Shown: piece by piece, positions 38,546 through 51,274 of the stretch
Numbering within the stretch: position 1 is the stretch's first letter
How the letters are laid out: each line of letters begins with the position of its first letter
The notes under the pieces: model-generated
The model's database searches: none
Seen by the model: the letters and a program-made list of their open reading frames with translations, nothing else
Told to the model about the DNA's origin: nothing
Position numbers and translations under genes: made by a program
NCBI RefSeq assembly: GCF_963921235.1
Contig: NC_086107.1
Location: forward strand, 101,682,001-101,746,000
Source: Mobula hypostoma
Taxonomy: Eukaryota
Direction of reading: 5' to 3'
DNA length: 64,000 bases

Positions 38546-39181
38546 CAGTTGAAGTCAGAAGTTTACATACACCTTAGCCAAATACATTTAAACTCAGTTT
38601 TTCACAATTTCACAATTCCTGACATTTAAAAGTTTTGGGTAGCCTTCCACAAGCTTCTCACAGTAAGTTGCTGTCATTTTCTATCATGGTACCCTTCAGG
38701 CATTTGGAAATTGCTCCCAAGGATGAACCAGACTTGACCTCATTTTCTCTTCCTCAATCAGATAGAAAATTTGTGGGCAGAACTGAAGAAGCGTGTGCGA
38801 GCAAGGAGGTCTACAAACCTGACTCAGTTGCACCAGTTCTGTCTGGAGGAATGGAACAAAATTCCAGCAACTTACTGTGAGAAGCTTGTGGAAGGCTATC
38901 CAAAACGTTTGACCCAAGTTAAACAATTTAAAGGCAATGCTACCAAATACTAACAAAGTGTATGTAAACTTCTGATCCACTGGGAAAGTGATGAAAGAAA
39001 TAAAAGCTGAAATAAATCATTCTCTCTACTATTATTCTGACATTTCACATTCTTAAAATAAAGCAGTGATCCTAAGTGACCTAAGACAGGGAATGTTTTC
39101 TAGGATTAAATATCAGGAATTGCGAAAAAGTGAGTTTAAATGTATTTGGCTAAGGTGTATGTAAACTTCTGACTTCAACTG
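38546..39181. mobile_element. Rearranged Sleeping Beauty-like Tc1 element (636 bp)
   Basis: Ends are TA|CAGTTGAAGTCAGAAGTTTACATACAC and GTGTATGTAAACTTCTGACTTCAACTG|TA. The transposase C-terminus LWAELKKRVRARR...KGNATKY* lies at 38771-38953. Confidence 0.93.
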
Positions 39182-39189
39182 TATTTGTT

Positions 39190-39470
39190 TATTGATTGAT
39201 TCAGATACAGTGCGGAATAGGCCCTTCCGCCCACTCCACCCAGCAATTTCCCGATTTAATCTGAGCCTAATCATGGGACAATTTACAATGGCTAATTAAT
39301 CTACCAACCAGTACATCTTTGGACTGTGGGAGGAAACCGGAGCACCTAGAGGAAACCCATGTGTTCATGGGGAGAACGTACAAACTCCTTACAGGCAGCG
39401 ACAGGAATTGAAGCTGGACCACCTGTACTGTAAAGCATTGCGCTAACAACTGTGCTACCATGCTGCCCCC
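39190..39470 (-). mobile_element. tRNA-derived V-SINE-like element
   Basis: A/B-box-like head, central gggtttcctctaggtgctccggtttcctcccacagtccaaagat, and a CR1-like 3' tail. Confidence 0.8.
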
Positions 39471-39837
39471 CACACTACTGTGGACACGATTTATATGAAA
39501 GTACTAAATAAAGAAATGTACTACCAACACACTAAATAAACACAAATAATGATAGAAAAATAAAATTATCTGATACGATTCCTTAACTCCCACAGTTAAA
39601 TGAAGATTACAAAGTATCAAATATTATAAATATATGCAACTACATGCAATATTTATACAAGTATTCCATAAAATATATCTTGCATTTTACTTCTCTCATA
39701 CACATGCAGCTACTCATTATTCATGTTCTGTAGCTAAATTCACATATTTGGTTCAGGCTGAATATTTGAACTGACATTACTTTGTGTTGTCTTGTTCAAA
39801 ATAATCATCCTTACTAGCAATTTTTAATTTTACTTAC

Positions 39838-39954
39838 CATAAATAGTGTGGCACTTGGAAAAGAAAAGTTTCTCCTCAGTTAGCAAAAGAAGACAACCGT
39901 AGATTGACCACACTAAAATCTCATCTGAACTGGAGAGTCGCTCAAACAGAAATT
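39838..39954 (-). CDS. MEI1: MEI1 coding exon (117 nt): (E)[38 protein letters not shown](G)
   Basis: Acceptor cttcatag, donor G|gtaagt. Matches recalled MEI1 [40 protein letters not shown]. Confidence 0.95.
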
Positions 39955-40049
39955 CTATGAAGTCAAGAACCAAAAACTTCGCAGTCAACAACAACTTCAT
40001 TGCAAAGTTTGATTAATAATACCAAAGAAATTGAAATTGGAGGCTAACT

Positions 40050-41690
40050 TATAGAGTCATAGAGCACTGCACTACAGAAATAGGCCTTCAGCTCACCTAG
40101 CCTGTGCCAACCTATTTTTATCTGCCTAGATCAATCTACCTGCACCTGGACCGTAGCACTCCATAGGCCTCACATTCATATACCTATCCAAACCTCTTTA
40201 AATTTGCAATTGAATCCGCATCCACCACTCCCATTGTCAGTTTTTTCCACCCAAGGTTGACTTAAATATTTCACCTTTTACACTAAACTTAAGACCTCTA
40301 GTTCAAGTCTCACACAACCTTGGGGGAAAAAACATGCATGTATTTACCCTATCTGTACTCGTCATAATTTTGCATACCTCTATAAAATCTCCCTTCATTC
40401 TCCTATGTTCCAGGAACCTGTTCAACCTTTTCCTCAAGCCCTTGTAAAATTTCTCTACACCCTTTCCTGTAGGTAGGTAACCAGCACTGCCCACAATGCT
40501 CAAAATTCAGCTTCATCAATGACTTACACAACTTCATCATAACATCCCAACCCCTGTACTCAGTGTTCTGATTCATGAAGGCCAATGTACCAAAAGCTCT
40601 CTACCTATGACCTCATTTTCAAGGAATTATAGATCTATATTCCCAAATTCCTTTTCTACTACACACCTCACTGCCCTATTACTCACTGTGTAAGTCCTAT
40701 TCTAGTTTGTCCCGCCTAAGTGCAGGTACCTCACACTTGTCTGCATTAAATTCTATCTGCTATTTTTCAACCCATTTTTCCAGCTAGTCCAGATCCCACT
40801 GCAAGCTTTGATAGCTTTCCTCACTGTCCACCAAACCCCTCATCTTTGTGTCATCTGCAAATTTGCTGATCCAGTTTAACACATTATCATCTAAATTATT
40901 AATACACATGATAAACAATGGACCCAGCACCAAGCACTGTGGCACACCACTAATCACAGGCCTCCAGTCAAAGAGACAATCATTTACTACCACTCTCTGG
41001 CTTCTCCCATTATGCCAATGATGGATCCAATTGGCGACTTCATTCTGAAAGCCAAGTGGCTTAACCTTCTGAACCAGTCTTCCATGCAGGACTTCCTCAA
41101 AGGACTTGCTAAAGTCAATGCAGACAATGTCCACCACCTTTCCTTCATCAACCCTCTTCATAACTTCTTTAAACAATTCTATAAAATTTGTTAGACACAG
41201 TCTGCCACGCACAAAGTCATGTTGACTATCCGTAATCAGGCCCTCTTTATCCAAATACTTATTTATCCTGTCCCTTAGAATACTTTCCAATAATTTAGCC
41301 ATGACTGACGCCAGGCTCACTGGCCTATAATTTCCTGGCTAATTTTTAGAGCCTTTCTTGATCAACAGAACATTTGCTACCCTCCAGTCCTCTAGCACCT
41401 CACCCATGCCTAATGACATTGTAAATATCTCTGTTAGGGCCTCTGTAATTTCTGCCTCTCACAAAGTCTGAGGGGACACCTTGTCAGGCCCTGGGGATTT
41501 ATTCACCCTAATCTGCCAACTACCTCCTCTTCTGTAATCCGAATATGGTCCATGATCTCACTACTCTTTTCCTCAGTTCTTAGACTCTGTGTCTGTCTCC
41601 TGAGTAAATACAAATGCGGAAAAAATTATTAAGTCTCCCCCATCTCTCTAAGCTCCCTAGATAACCAAACTGATCTTCAAAGGGACCATT
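40050..41690 (-). mobile_element. Decayed CR1 LINE RT and 3' end
   Basis: Motifs DSQHDFVRGR, SGVPQ and SKFADDTK. Confidence 0.88.
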
Positions 41691-42799
41691 TTTGTAATTG
41701 ATTGAGTTTTGCAACCAATTTATCTGACTATATGAGTGAGCTCCTTGCTCACTACATTAAGGCATTCTGGTATGTCAATCAAGGCCTTATATCTCAATTT
41801 ATTGCTCATATCTTCTTATAATTCTCAGTTATTCTTTTAATATTAACATTGATGACAAGTTTATAATAGAAAAAATGTCTTAAACTGGACTCAACAAACA
41901 TCAAGTACTTCATGAAAAACAGTTTTTGACAGATGAGTTTACAATCCCATATTTTCTTGGGGGAATAAGAGAAGTGAGAGAGGAAGGTATCCCAACTATA
42001 CATGTTTCCCATCTGCTGAAATTAAATGCAGGCAATCTTCAAACTTTTTTTTCCTGCTGAAGTCTACAGCACCAAACCATAGGTATCAATCACAGGAAAG
42101 GGAGAGGGAAAGAGACTGAGTGAGGAGATTTGAAGTTGGGTTCTCAAATAAAGTTCAAAGGAGACATTTTTGAGTTGTGGGAGATTTCTAAAAGCCAATA
42201 AATCTGGTTGGTTTTAACTTAAAATAAAAACTTCCTAAAATTCTTAGTCTTTCTAAAAGACTGACGTGACCAATGTCTTCTGAGACAGATTCCTTGTCTG
42301 TCAAAAACACAAATGAGATAATTAGAGCTTGGTTTGGAAGTCAAATAATTTTGCTCAAATCTTCCACTGACAGCCTGCAGCTGAAACTGCCAGCTTTTAT
42401 TTACATAACTAGCTGGAAATTCAGGACTCTTTTGTGAGGACAGAAGCTTTAAGCTGTCACTCAGCTGACTGCACTCTAAGAAAACTACCCTACACTCTTA
42501 AGGCTCTTAAGAGTCCTGTAGGAACAGCCACCTTCCACAATTTCTTGTTGGCAGGCATGTTTTTTGTAATTGGGTGAAACAACTGCAGTGAGAAGAACAT
42601 GCATATAGAAATTCTCCAAATTTTATTTAATTGATTTAAATATGCTTTTTCCTACAATTACTTCCCTGAGCTTTAAGTCTTTCAATGTTCTAATTTGTTA
42701 CATGAAATTAAGATTGTATACTATTGTTAATTGTTTTTATTAGGATTTGAATGTGTTTGAATGTTTGTGAAGGTCTGCTTGTGTAACTTAACACCTAAA

Positions 42800-44570
42800 G
42801 AAATTCTGTAACAGAGACTGACAGCTCCAGCCGACATTGGTATTTCAAAGTTGTATGGGACCGAGCACTGAGTGTGGAGTTGAACAAAGGTTTCACTCAA
42901 GGATTGCGGGGTGAAGATGTCAGGAAGTGATGAAGAAGATGGAAGTAGCAAACTGGAGATGCTATTGAGTGATAGGAGTTATACGGAGAAAGGCAACTGG
43001 CAGGTTTCTGGGGAATGGAAAAGAAAGTGGCAAATTGTGGATTGTAGTAGCTTTTCATCCAGTGATGAAGGCAGTAGATGCAATTTTAATAAAAGAAGGA
43101 AGGAAGAGTGTTACTGAGGTATTACTAAGGTATTATTGAGTTTTGAATGAGGACTGGTTTCTGATATCAATCCAAATAGAAGGAGATATTGTGGGCGCAA
43201 GACCTTTAAGAATTGAATTGACTTCATTTCTTACATCCTTCAAATACATGAGTTAAAATCTTTACGTTACTTCTCTGTCTGAATGTGCAAATAATAGTAA
43301 TTTTTAATAAATAGTGTACAGTAAGATATACAATAGAACAGTCAATATAGCTTAGAAATACAATTGTGTCAGCATGAATTAATCAGTCTGATGGCCTGGT
43401 GGAAGAAGCTGTCCCAGAGCCTTGGCAATCTTAGGTGTTTTGTAAAGATAGTAAGCAACATTAACAAAGCTTTCGGGTTAAAAGCTTTGGGAAGGAGGAA
43501 AATAACACCAAGCAATTATATTGAAAGTCAGTGACTCTGGGGAGTAACCTCTGGAGTGCCGCTAGATGTATCACGGACCAAGTTAAAAATAATTTAGTCG
43601 GGGGGAAGGTTGAACACTCTAAATGTTTAAAAGGGTTTTGTGGTGGAGTAAGAACAGATAACTTATCAGTGTTGATTAAATTTGATGGAAAAAAGTTGTC
43701 AGACAGGGTTAATTTAGGCTATATGAGTTATATGGTTTGAGTCTATGTGCCACGCCCCTCTGAGATATTATCAGTGCCAAATGTTTTGTCAGGTAGCAGC
43801 TGCGTGCAAGGGTAAAATGCAGTGTTGTAGATGTGGTAGAAAACGTGATGATGGTAATTGTGGAGAAGGTAGTAGGCCAGAATGTATCAATTGTAGATGG
43901 GAACATTGCTCTATAGCAGGCTATTACGTATACAAGAAAGCAGAGGAAGTGCAGCATTTTCAGGTAGAAATGGGCATATCATATGCAAAGGCTCTTCAGA
44001 AAGTGCAGGAGGCAAAGTGAATGGGACCTATTAACATCTAGGAAACAAGAGAGATAAAAGTCAGTGTGTAAAGTGCATAATTTTATAACAAAGGATTTGT
44101 AGATTGTTAATGAACTAACACTTGTTTCTTTCATGGCAGATGTGGTAAACTGTACAGGACAAACTAAAAGTAGGACAGAAAAAAATTAAAATTATATTAA
44201 AAGTTGCAGAAAAACATCTGCAGATATTAAGACAATTCTAGAGGTTAATAATGGTGCTGTACAAGGAGTAGTAAATAATATTCATACTTCAAAGAAGGGT
44301 TGTTAATGTTTTTTCTTTTTCCTTTTTTTCCCTCTTTTACAACGTAATGCTAGAAGTCTGTTAGTTAATAGTCAGGGGATTTTAATGCTCATGGCATTAT
44401 GTGAAGTTGTAGTGACACAAGTATGAAAGGGATGGTGGAGGAAGACCTTCTGGAAGAGAAGTTTTTGGTTGTTTGGATGATGCTCAGCAGGTGGTGGTAA
44501 ATCACCTTACGTTAGGGGGAGGGGAAGAAGAAGAAGAATGAGAAGAGGAGGAAGACGAGGAGGAAGAGAT
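42800..44570 (+). mobile_element. Decayed I/Nimb-like LINE: ORF1 with three zinc knuckles, the start of ORF2 and a (GAA)-rich tail; a Rex1 3' fragment is inserted at about 43213-43420
   Basis: Degenerate triple CCHC in PLRYYQCQMFCQVAAACKGKMQCCRCG...CINCRWEH. LQ(R)NARSL at about 44337 resembles the I-clade LQWNARSL. Confidence 0.65.
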
Positions 44571-45240
44571 TATCTTAGTGATGGCATTTCTGACTGGTCC
44601 CACAAATGAGTAAAAACAACATTAAAATTGTTGCCTTTGGGATCTGGGACCTTTTTTTTTAAGTCATAACATTGGAACCAGTATCTAAACCTTTCAGTGG
44701 ATTTCTGCTACAATTGGATAATTGCTCCCAAGCAGGAGAGAACTATGAGTGGTCAACCTAGCTGTTGCAGGACCTACAAGTGATTTGAGCGATTTTAACC
44801 CTGACACCTGATTTCCACCAAGAAGGTAGAAGAACCATTGCCTTCTCCACTAACATACCAGAAGAGCAAAATTATGTATGTATTCAAAAACAAAGACAAG
44901 AACTTTGAGTTACTGAGAGAGCATGTAAATGACAATGAGATTTAGTGAGCTGAAATACATCAGAACTCAGGCAAACTTTTGGCTGGTGAGAGACGAGCAT
45001 TACAAAAGACACGAATAGTCTCAGTGCAGGTCAATGGCAGTTTAAATGTTTTGGCATGGACTAAAAGGACCGAAGGGCTTGTTTCTGTGCTGTACTCTTC
45101 TGTGACTCTTAAGAATGTCATTGAGTAGATGGTATTTGAGTAGATGAGTAGATGGCACAAGTATTTATGCTGGTAATCTAAATATGCAACCATCTTACAC
45201 AATTGTATATATTTAATGCATATTAGTAAATAAAAATCAC

Positions 45241-45355
45241 CTGGAATATCTGCATATACAAGTTCGGGAGCATACTGCACTGGAGAGTGGACGAGTATGG
45301 ACGTCATGCATTGCACACTTATAATCTGCAGTATTTCATCTCTGTTGAGCAGCAA
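45241..45355 (-). CDS. MEI1: MEI1 coding exon (115 nt): LLLNRDEILQIISVQCMTSILVHSPVQYAPELVYADIP(E)
   Basis: Acceptor tttattttctttcag, donor G|gtgatt. The translation matches recalled human MEI1 [39 protein letters not shown]. Its phase joins the next exon in frame. Confidence 0.93.
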
Positions 45356-47284
45356 CTGAAAGAAAATAAAGTAAAATGTTATATTAATTGTAGTTTAGCT
45401 TCCAACTACCATCTCTTCTTGGTTGTACTGACCAACAAATGATATTAAAGTCACCAATAAAAGACCCTCACTGAAGTAAGCCAAACTGAAGCTGTGGCTT
45501 TAAAACCAAATCATAACCTAGATACCCTGCAGCACAGCACATAATTCACTGGGCGAAAAATCATAGAACATCCTTTCAAAGAATACTTCAGTACAAGCTT
45601 CAGTACTTGGACTGTTCAAGAAGACAGTTCATCTTCTTCCTCCTTCTCCCATTACAATTTGGAACTGGCAATAATGATGTTGAGAAAGTGTAAATTAATG
45701 TTAAATCATAGCTCTCGCAGTTCAATAGATCCCTGTTACAAAGTTATAGCCTAAAACTCATTTCAATAGCTATAGGTGCCATTTTAGTTCCTGGATGAAG
45801 TAGCACAAGTTATGCCAAGTCATATTGCTGAAAAAGTTAGCACATCCGTATTTAAGGCTTAGCAAAAGGTTGTAGAGTAGGGAGATCAAAATAGCATTAG
45901 GCTAATTTGATGTGAACATTTCTATTTATGAATTTAATGCTTGCTCTGTAACTTGCACATTTAAGCACATGTCCAGCAGCAAAATGCCCCTTGAACTGGA
46001 GCAAAGGTTGAATGTTTGTTATTAGTCCTGTAGTGAAAAGCGTCAACCTTTAGATGCAACATCAGGGTTGGGTCCTCAACATAGTGCAACAGTGGTTGGA
46101 TACCACTTACAAGTTAGAAAGGATGAACTTTAAATTCTATACAACAAATTCATTAATCTGGCGAAGATTCCACTGCAGAGACACTTTACTTTTAGGCAGC
46201 TAGGTACATGGACTATCATCTGCCATTGCCTTGGTTGAAAATTACATTCATATCTAGTATCTGTTAATGCATGCAGACAGCACCTTTATCCTATAAATTA
46301 TATGCTATCGGCTAAAAACTATGTACATTACTACTTTATAAATGTTAAAATAGTGTTTCAGGTAATCCAAATACTGTTTGTGAAATTCATATAACAATTA
46401 ATAACATTAATTGCTTGAATAACAGAATAGTGTCAATAGGATTAGACTATGAGATCTGACACTCTTACTACAAGTTCTTGAAACTCCTGATATTTAACAC
46501 AGCAGATGCTATCTAAAATCATTTTCGAAAAGGACACTCCACAATACAATCAACACTTTTCTAACTATTGCAGTATATTTCTACTGAATTTATAGATGCA
46601 GTAATGATGGAAAGATTCTGGTGGTCAGAGAGATCTGGAGGACAGTGGTCATAGAAACCATCTTCTTTGAACATTTGGGCTACAAAACCCCTCTAGGGCT
46701 ATAGCCAGATACTTGTATGAAGAGGTTACGTACGAAATCCCCAGTGTTGTCTATTTATGACTCACTTTGGGAAAGCAATCCAATGCACTCATTCTGTCTT
46801 TCCTGAAAATGTAGACAAATCATTTTTGAGTATGAAATTTGTGTGACTTCCTTAATACAGCAATGGACAATAAATTGTGAGAAGTGGCACAGATGAGTAG
46901 TGGTTTGGAATAAATCAGAAGCTAGGAAGTTGTACATTCTTACTATTTATGCAGTGTTCACTGGAAACCATTCATGCCCTGCACAAAAGGGAAGTAGGTT
47001 TAAGTCGAGCAATGTAATTATCATGATCAGTGAATATGTAAGACATGAAGCTGTGTTAAGTGCATGAAAGTGCAACGGGGTATTTGGCCAAGAATTTGCC
47101 ATGTGCGTTGAGTGTTATCATACTGTGCAGCAACATTCTACTAGGCATAAGACTCAAATATTGTGTGCTGTAGAACAGGCCTTACGCAAGGAAAACACAA
47201 GGTGTTTCCTATGCAGGCACACCAACCATGGGGATTGTAGAAAAATGCATATAGGTGAAGATTAGTATTGAGGATGGGGGTATG

Positions 47285-50180
47285 ATGGCGAATGCAATGT
47301 TGGCATTCATTTCTAGAGGAATAGAGTATAGGAGCAGGGATGTGATGTTGAGACTCTATAAGGCACTGGTAAGACCTCACTTGGAGTACTGTGTGCAGTT
47401 TTGGGCTCCTTATTTAAGAAAGGATGTGCTGATGTTGGAGAGGGTTCAGAGAAGATTCACTAGGATGATTCCGGGAATGAGAGGGTTAACATATGAGGAA
47501 CGTTTGACCGCTCTTGGATTGTACTCCTTGGAATTTAGAAGAATGAGGGGGGACCTCATAGAAAATTTCGAATGTTGAAAGGCATGGACAGAGTGGATGT
47601 GGGAAAGTTGTTTCCCATGGTGGGGGAGTCTAGTACGAGAGGGCATGACTTAAGGGTTGAAGGGTGCCCATTCAGAACAGAGATGCAAAGAAATTTTTTC
47701 AACCAGAGGGTGGTGAATCTGTGGAATTTGTTGCCTTGGGCGGCAGTGGAGGTCAAGTCATTGGGTATATTTAAGGCAGAGATTGTGTAATGAACCAGAG
47801 GTGATTACAGAGATTGAGGTGAAGAAACCCTTAGGAGGCAGTGATCATAACATGATTGAGTTCACTGTGAAATTTGAAAAAGACAAGCTGAAATCTGATG
47901 TGTTGGTATTTCAGTGGAGTAAAGGAAATTATAGTGGCATGAGAGAGGAACTGGCCAAAGTTGACTAGTAAGGGACACTGGCAGGAAGGATGGCAGAGCA
48001 GCAGTGGCTGGAGTTTATGCGAGAAGTGAGGAAGGTGCAAGACAGGTATATTCCAAAAAAGAAGAAATTTTCAAATGGAAAAAGGATGCAACCGTGGCTG
48101 ACAAGGGAAGTCAAAGCCAAAGTTAAAGCAAAGGAGAGGGCATACAAGGAAGCAAAAATTAGTGGGAAGACAGAGGATTGGGAAGTTTTTAAAAGCTTAC
48201 AAAAGGAAACTAAGAAGGTCATTAAGAGGGAAAAGATTAACTATGAAAGGAAGCTAGCAAATAATATTAAAGAGGATACTAAAAGCTTTTTCAAGTATAT
48301 AAAGAGTAAAAGACAGGTGAGAGTAGATATAGGACCGATAGAAATTATGCTGGAGAAATTGTAACGAGAGATAAGGAGATGGCGGAGGAACTGAATGAGT
48401 ATTTTGTATCAGTCTTCACTGAGGAAGACATCAGCAGTATACCGGACACTCAAGGGTGGCAGGGAAGAGAAGTGTGCGCAGTCACAATTATGACAGAGAA
48501 AGTACTCAGGAAGCTGAATAGTCTAAAGGTAGATAAATCTCCCGGACCAGATGGAATGCACCCTCGTGTTCTGAAGGAAGTAGCTGTGGAGATTGCGGAG
48601 GCATTAGCGATGATCATTCAAAAGTCAATAGATTCTGGCATGGTTCCGGAGGACTGGAAGATTGCAAATGTCACTCCGCTATTTAAGAAGGGGGCAAGGA
48701 AGCAAAAAGGAAATTATAGACCTGTTAGCTTGACATCCGTGGTTGGGAAGTTGTTGGAGTCGATTGTCAAGAATGAGGTTACAGAGTACTTGAAGGCATA
48801 TGACAAGATAGGCAGAACTCAGCATGGATTCCTTAAAGGAAAATCCTGCCTGACAAACCTATGACAATTTTTTGAGGAAATTACAAGTAGACTAGACAAG
48901 GGAGATGCAGTGGATGTTGTATATTTGGATTTTCAGAAGGCCTTTGACAAGGTGCCACACATGAGGCTGCTTAACAAGATAAGAGCCCATGAAATTACGG
49001 GAAAGTTACATACGTGGATAGAGCATTGGCTGATTGGCAGGAAACAGAGAGTGGGAATAATGGGATCCTATTCTAGTTGGCTGCCGGTTACCAGTGGTGT
49101 TCCACAGGGGTCTGTGTTGGCGCCACTTCTTTTTACATTGTACATCAACGATTTGGATTATGGAATAGATGGTTTTGCGGCTAAGTTTGCTGACGATATG
49201 AAGATAGGTGGAGGGGCCGGTAGTGCTGAGGAAACAGAGTCTGCAGAGAGACTTGGATAGATTGGAAGAATGGGCAAAGAAGTGGCAAATGAAATACAAT
49301 GCTGGAAAGTGTATGGTTATGCACTTTGGCAGAAGAAATAAACGGGCAGACTATTATTTAAATAGAGAGAGAATTCAAAGTTCTGAGATGCAACGGGACT
49401 TGGGAGTCCTCGTGCAGGATACCCTTAAGGTTAACCTCCAGGTTGAGTCGGTGGTGAAGAAGGCGAATGCAATGTTGGCATACATTTCTAGAGGAATAGA
49501 GTATAGGAGCAGGGATGTGATGTTGAGGCTCTATAAGGCGGAGACTTCACTTGGACTATCGTGGGCAGTTTTGGTCTCCTTATTTAAGAAGGGATGAGCT
49601 GACGTTGGAGAGGGTACAGAGAAGATTCACAAGAATGATTCCGGGAATGAGAGGGTTAACATATGAGGAACGTTTGTCCGCTCTTGGACTGTATTCCTTG
49701 GAGTTTAGAAGAATGAGGGGAGACCTCATAGAAACATTTCGAATGTTGAAAGGCATGGACAGAGTGGATGTGGCAAAGTTGTTTCCCATGATGGGGGAGT
49801 CTAGTACGAGAGGGCATGACTTAAGGATTGAAGGGCGCCCATTCAGAACAGAAATGCGAAGGAATTTTTTTAGCCAGAAGGTGGTGAATCTATGGAATTT
49901 GTTGCCACAGGCGGCAGTGATGGTAAAGTCACTGGGTGTATTTAAGGCAGAGATTTATAGGTATCTGAGTAGCTATCTGACTCGATGGGCCGAATGGCCG
50001 ATTTCTGCTCCTTTGTCTTATGGTCTTATAGGTATCTGAGTAGCCAGGGCATCAAAGGTTATGGTGAGAAGGTGGGGGAGTGGGACTAAATGGGAGAATG
50101 GATCAGCTCATGATAGAATGGCGGAGCAGACTCAATGGGCCGAATGGCCAACTTCTGCTCCTTTGTCTTATGGTCTTATG
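47285..50180 (+). mobile_element. Two nested same-family CR1 LINEs (outer 47285-47785 plus 50030-50180; inner 47786-50029)
   Basis: Motifs LGGSDHN, KSPGPDGMHPRVLKE and AKFADD. 47285-47785 duplicates about 49462-49955, and there are two tggtcttat tails. Confidence 0.88.
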
Positions 50181-50529
50181 AGGAATGGGTAGTGAAAGGA
50201 GCATATCACAAGAAGAAGACTGAAATAGGGAAAAATCACAAAAGGGAGAAATCGTTTGGTAGTGTAACAGAAAATCATTGATGGGACAGACAGGAAAAGG
50301 AAGTGGAAAAGAGACAGTGAAAGACTGCCAACTAAAGAAATAATAAATGCAACTTGGAGAGAAGTAAGGGGAAATAATGGAGATCCTGTAACCATCAGCA
50401 ACATGGCATTGTGAGGTTGGGTACATAGTAGTAACTAAGAAAAAAAACACTTACAGGGGAACCCATCTGGAAGACAACGGATGACCAGACTCCCCAGCAG
50501 CTTTCTAGGTATGACTGAACTCCTTGTAA

Positions 50530-51200
50530 GTTGATAAATAAGTTTGTTATTGTTACATGTACTGGGGAACAGTGAAAAACTTTGGTTTCCATGCCATCTA
50601 AACAGATTATTTCATTACATCTGTACATTGAGGTAGTACAAGGCATAATCAATAACAGAATGAAGCACGAAGTTTTACATTTATAGAGAAACTGCAGTGC
50701 AGGTAAGTGATAAAGTGCAAAACCATGGCAACATTAATTGTGAGGTCAAGAATACAGGACATCTTACCATACAACAGGTTTGTTCAATAGTCTTATAAAA
50801 GCAGGATAGAAGTTGTCCATGAGCTTAGTAGTACATACTTTCTGGCTTTTGTAACTTTGAACTTCTGCTTGATTGGGGTGGAGAGGGTGCAGAGAAGAAA
50901 GAACATCCAGAGTGGGAGTGGTCTTTCATTATGTGGCTGTTTTACTGAGGCAGCAAGATGTACATACAGAGTCCACGAAGAGGAAGCTCATTTTCATGAT
51001 ATGCTGAGCTATGTCCACAACTCTCTGCAGTTTCTTGTAGTTTCAGGCAGAGCAAATGTCACACTAAACCATGATAGGATGCTTTAGTGCATCTATAAAG
51101 ATTGGTGAGGGTCAATGAGGTCACACCAAATTCCTTTAGACTCCTGAGAAAGAAGTAGTGCTAGTGAGCTTCCTTGGCCATGTGGTTAGATCAGGACAGG
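50530..51200 (-). mobile_element. Decayed Rex1-type LINE 3' end
   Basis: Its reverse complement resembles 32280-32770 and 60300-60960. Confidence 0.6.
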
Positions 51201-51274
51201 TACAGAGCATGTTCCAATATTGTTGATAAAACCCGTTTTAGAATGGTTTCTGTTGGTCAGTACAATTTTGCTTA

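Noticed and set aside
44518..44570. GAA/GAG-rich run that could encode poly-Glu
   Set aside because: It is better explained as a LINE tail or low-complexity sequence, with no exon context.
44960..45240. Extension of the ORF beyond the MEI1 exon
   Set aside because: MEI1 similarity stops at the GT donor at 45240; the rest is intron.
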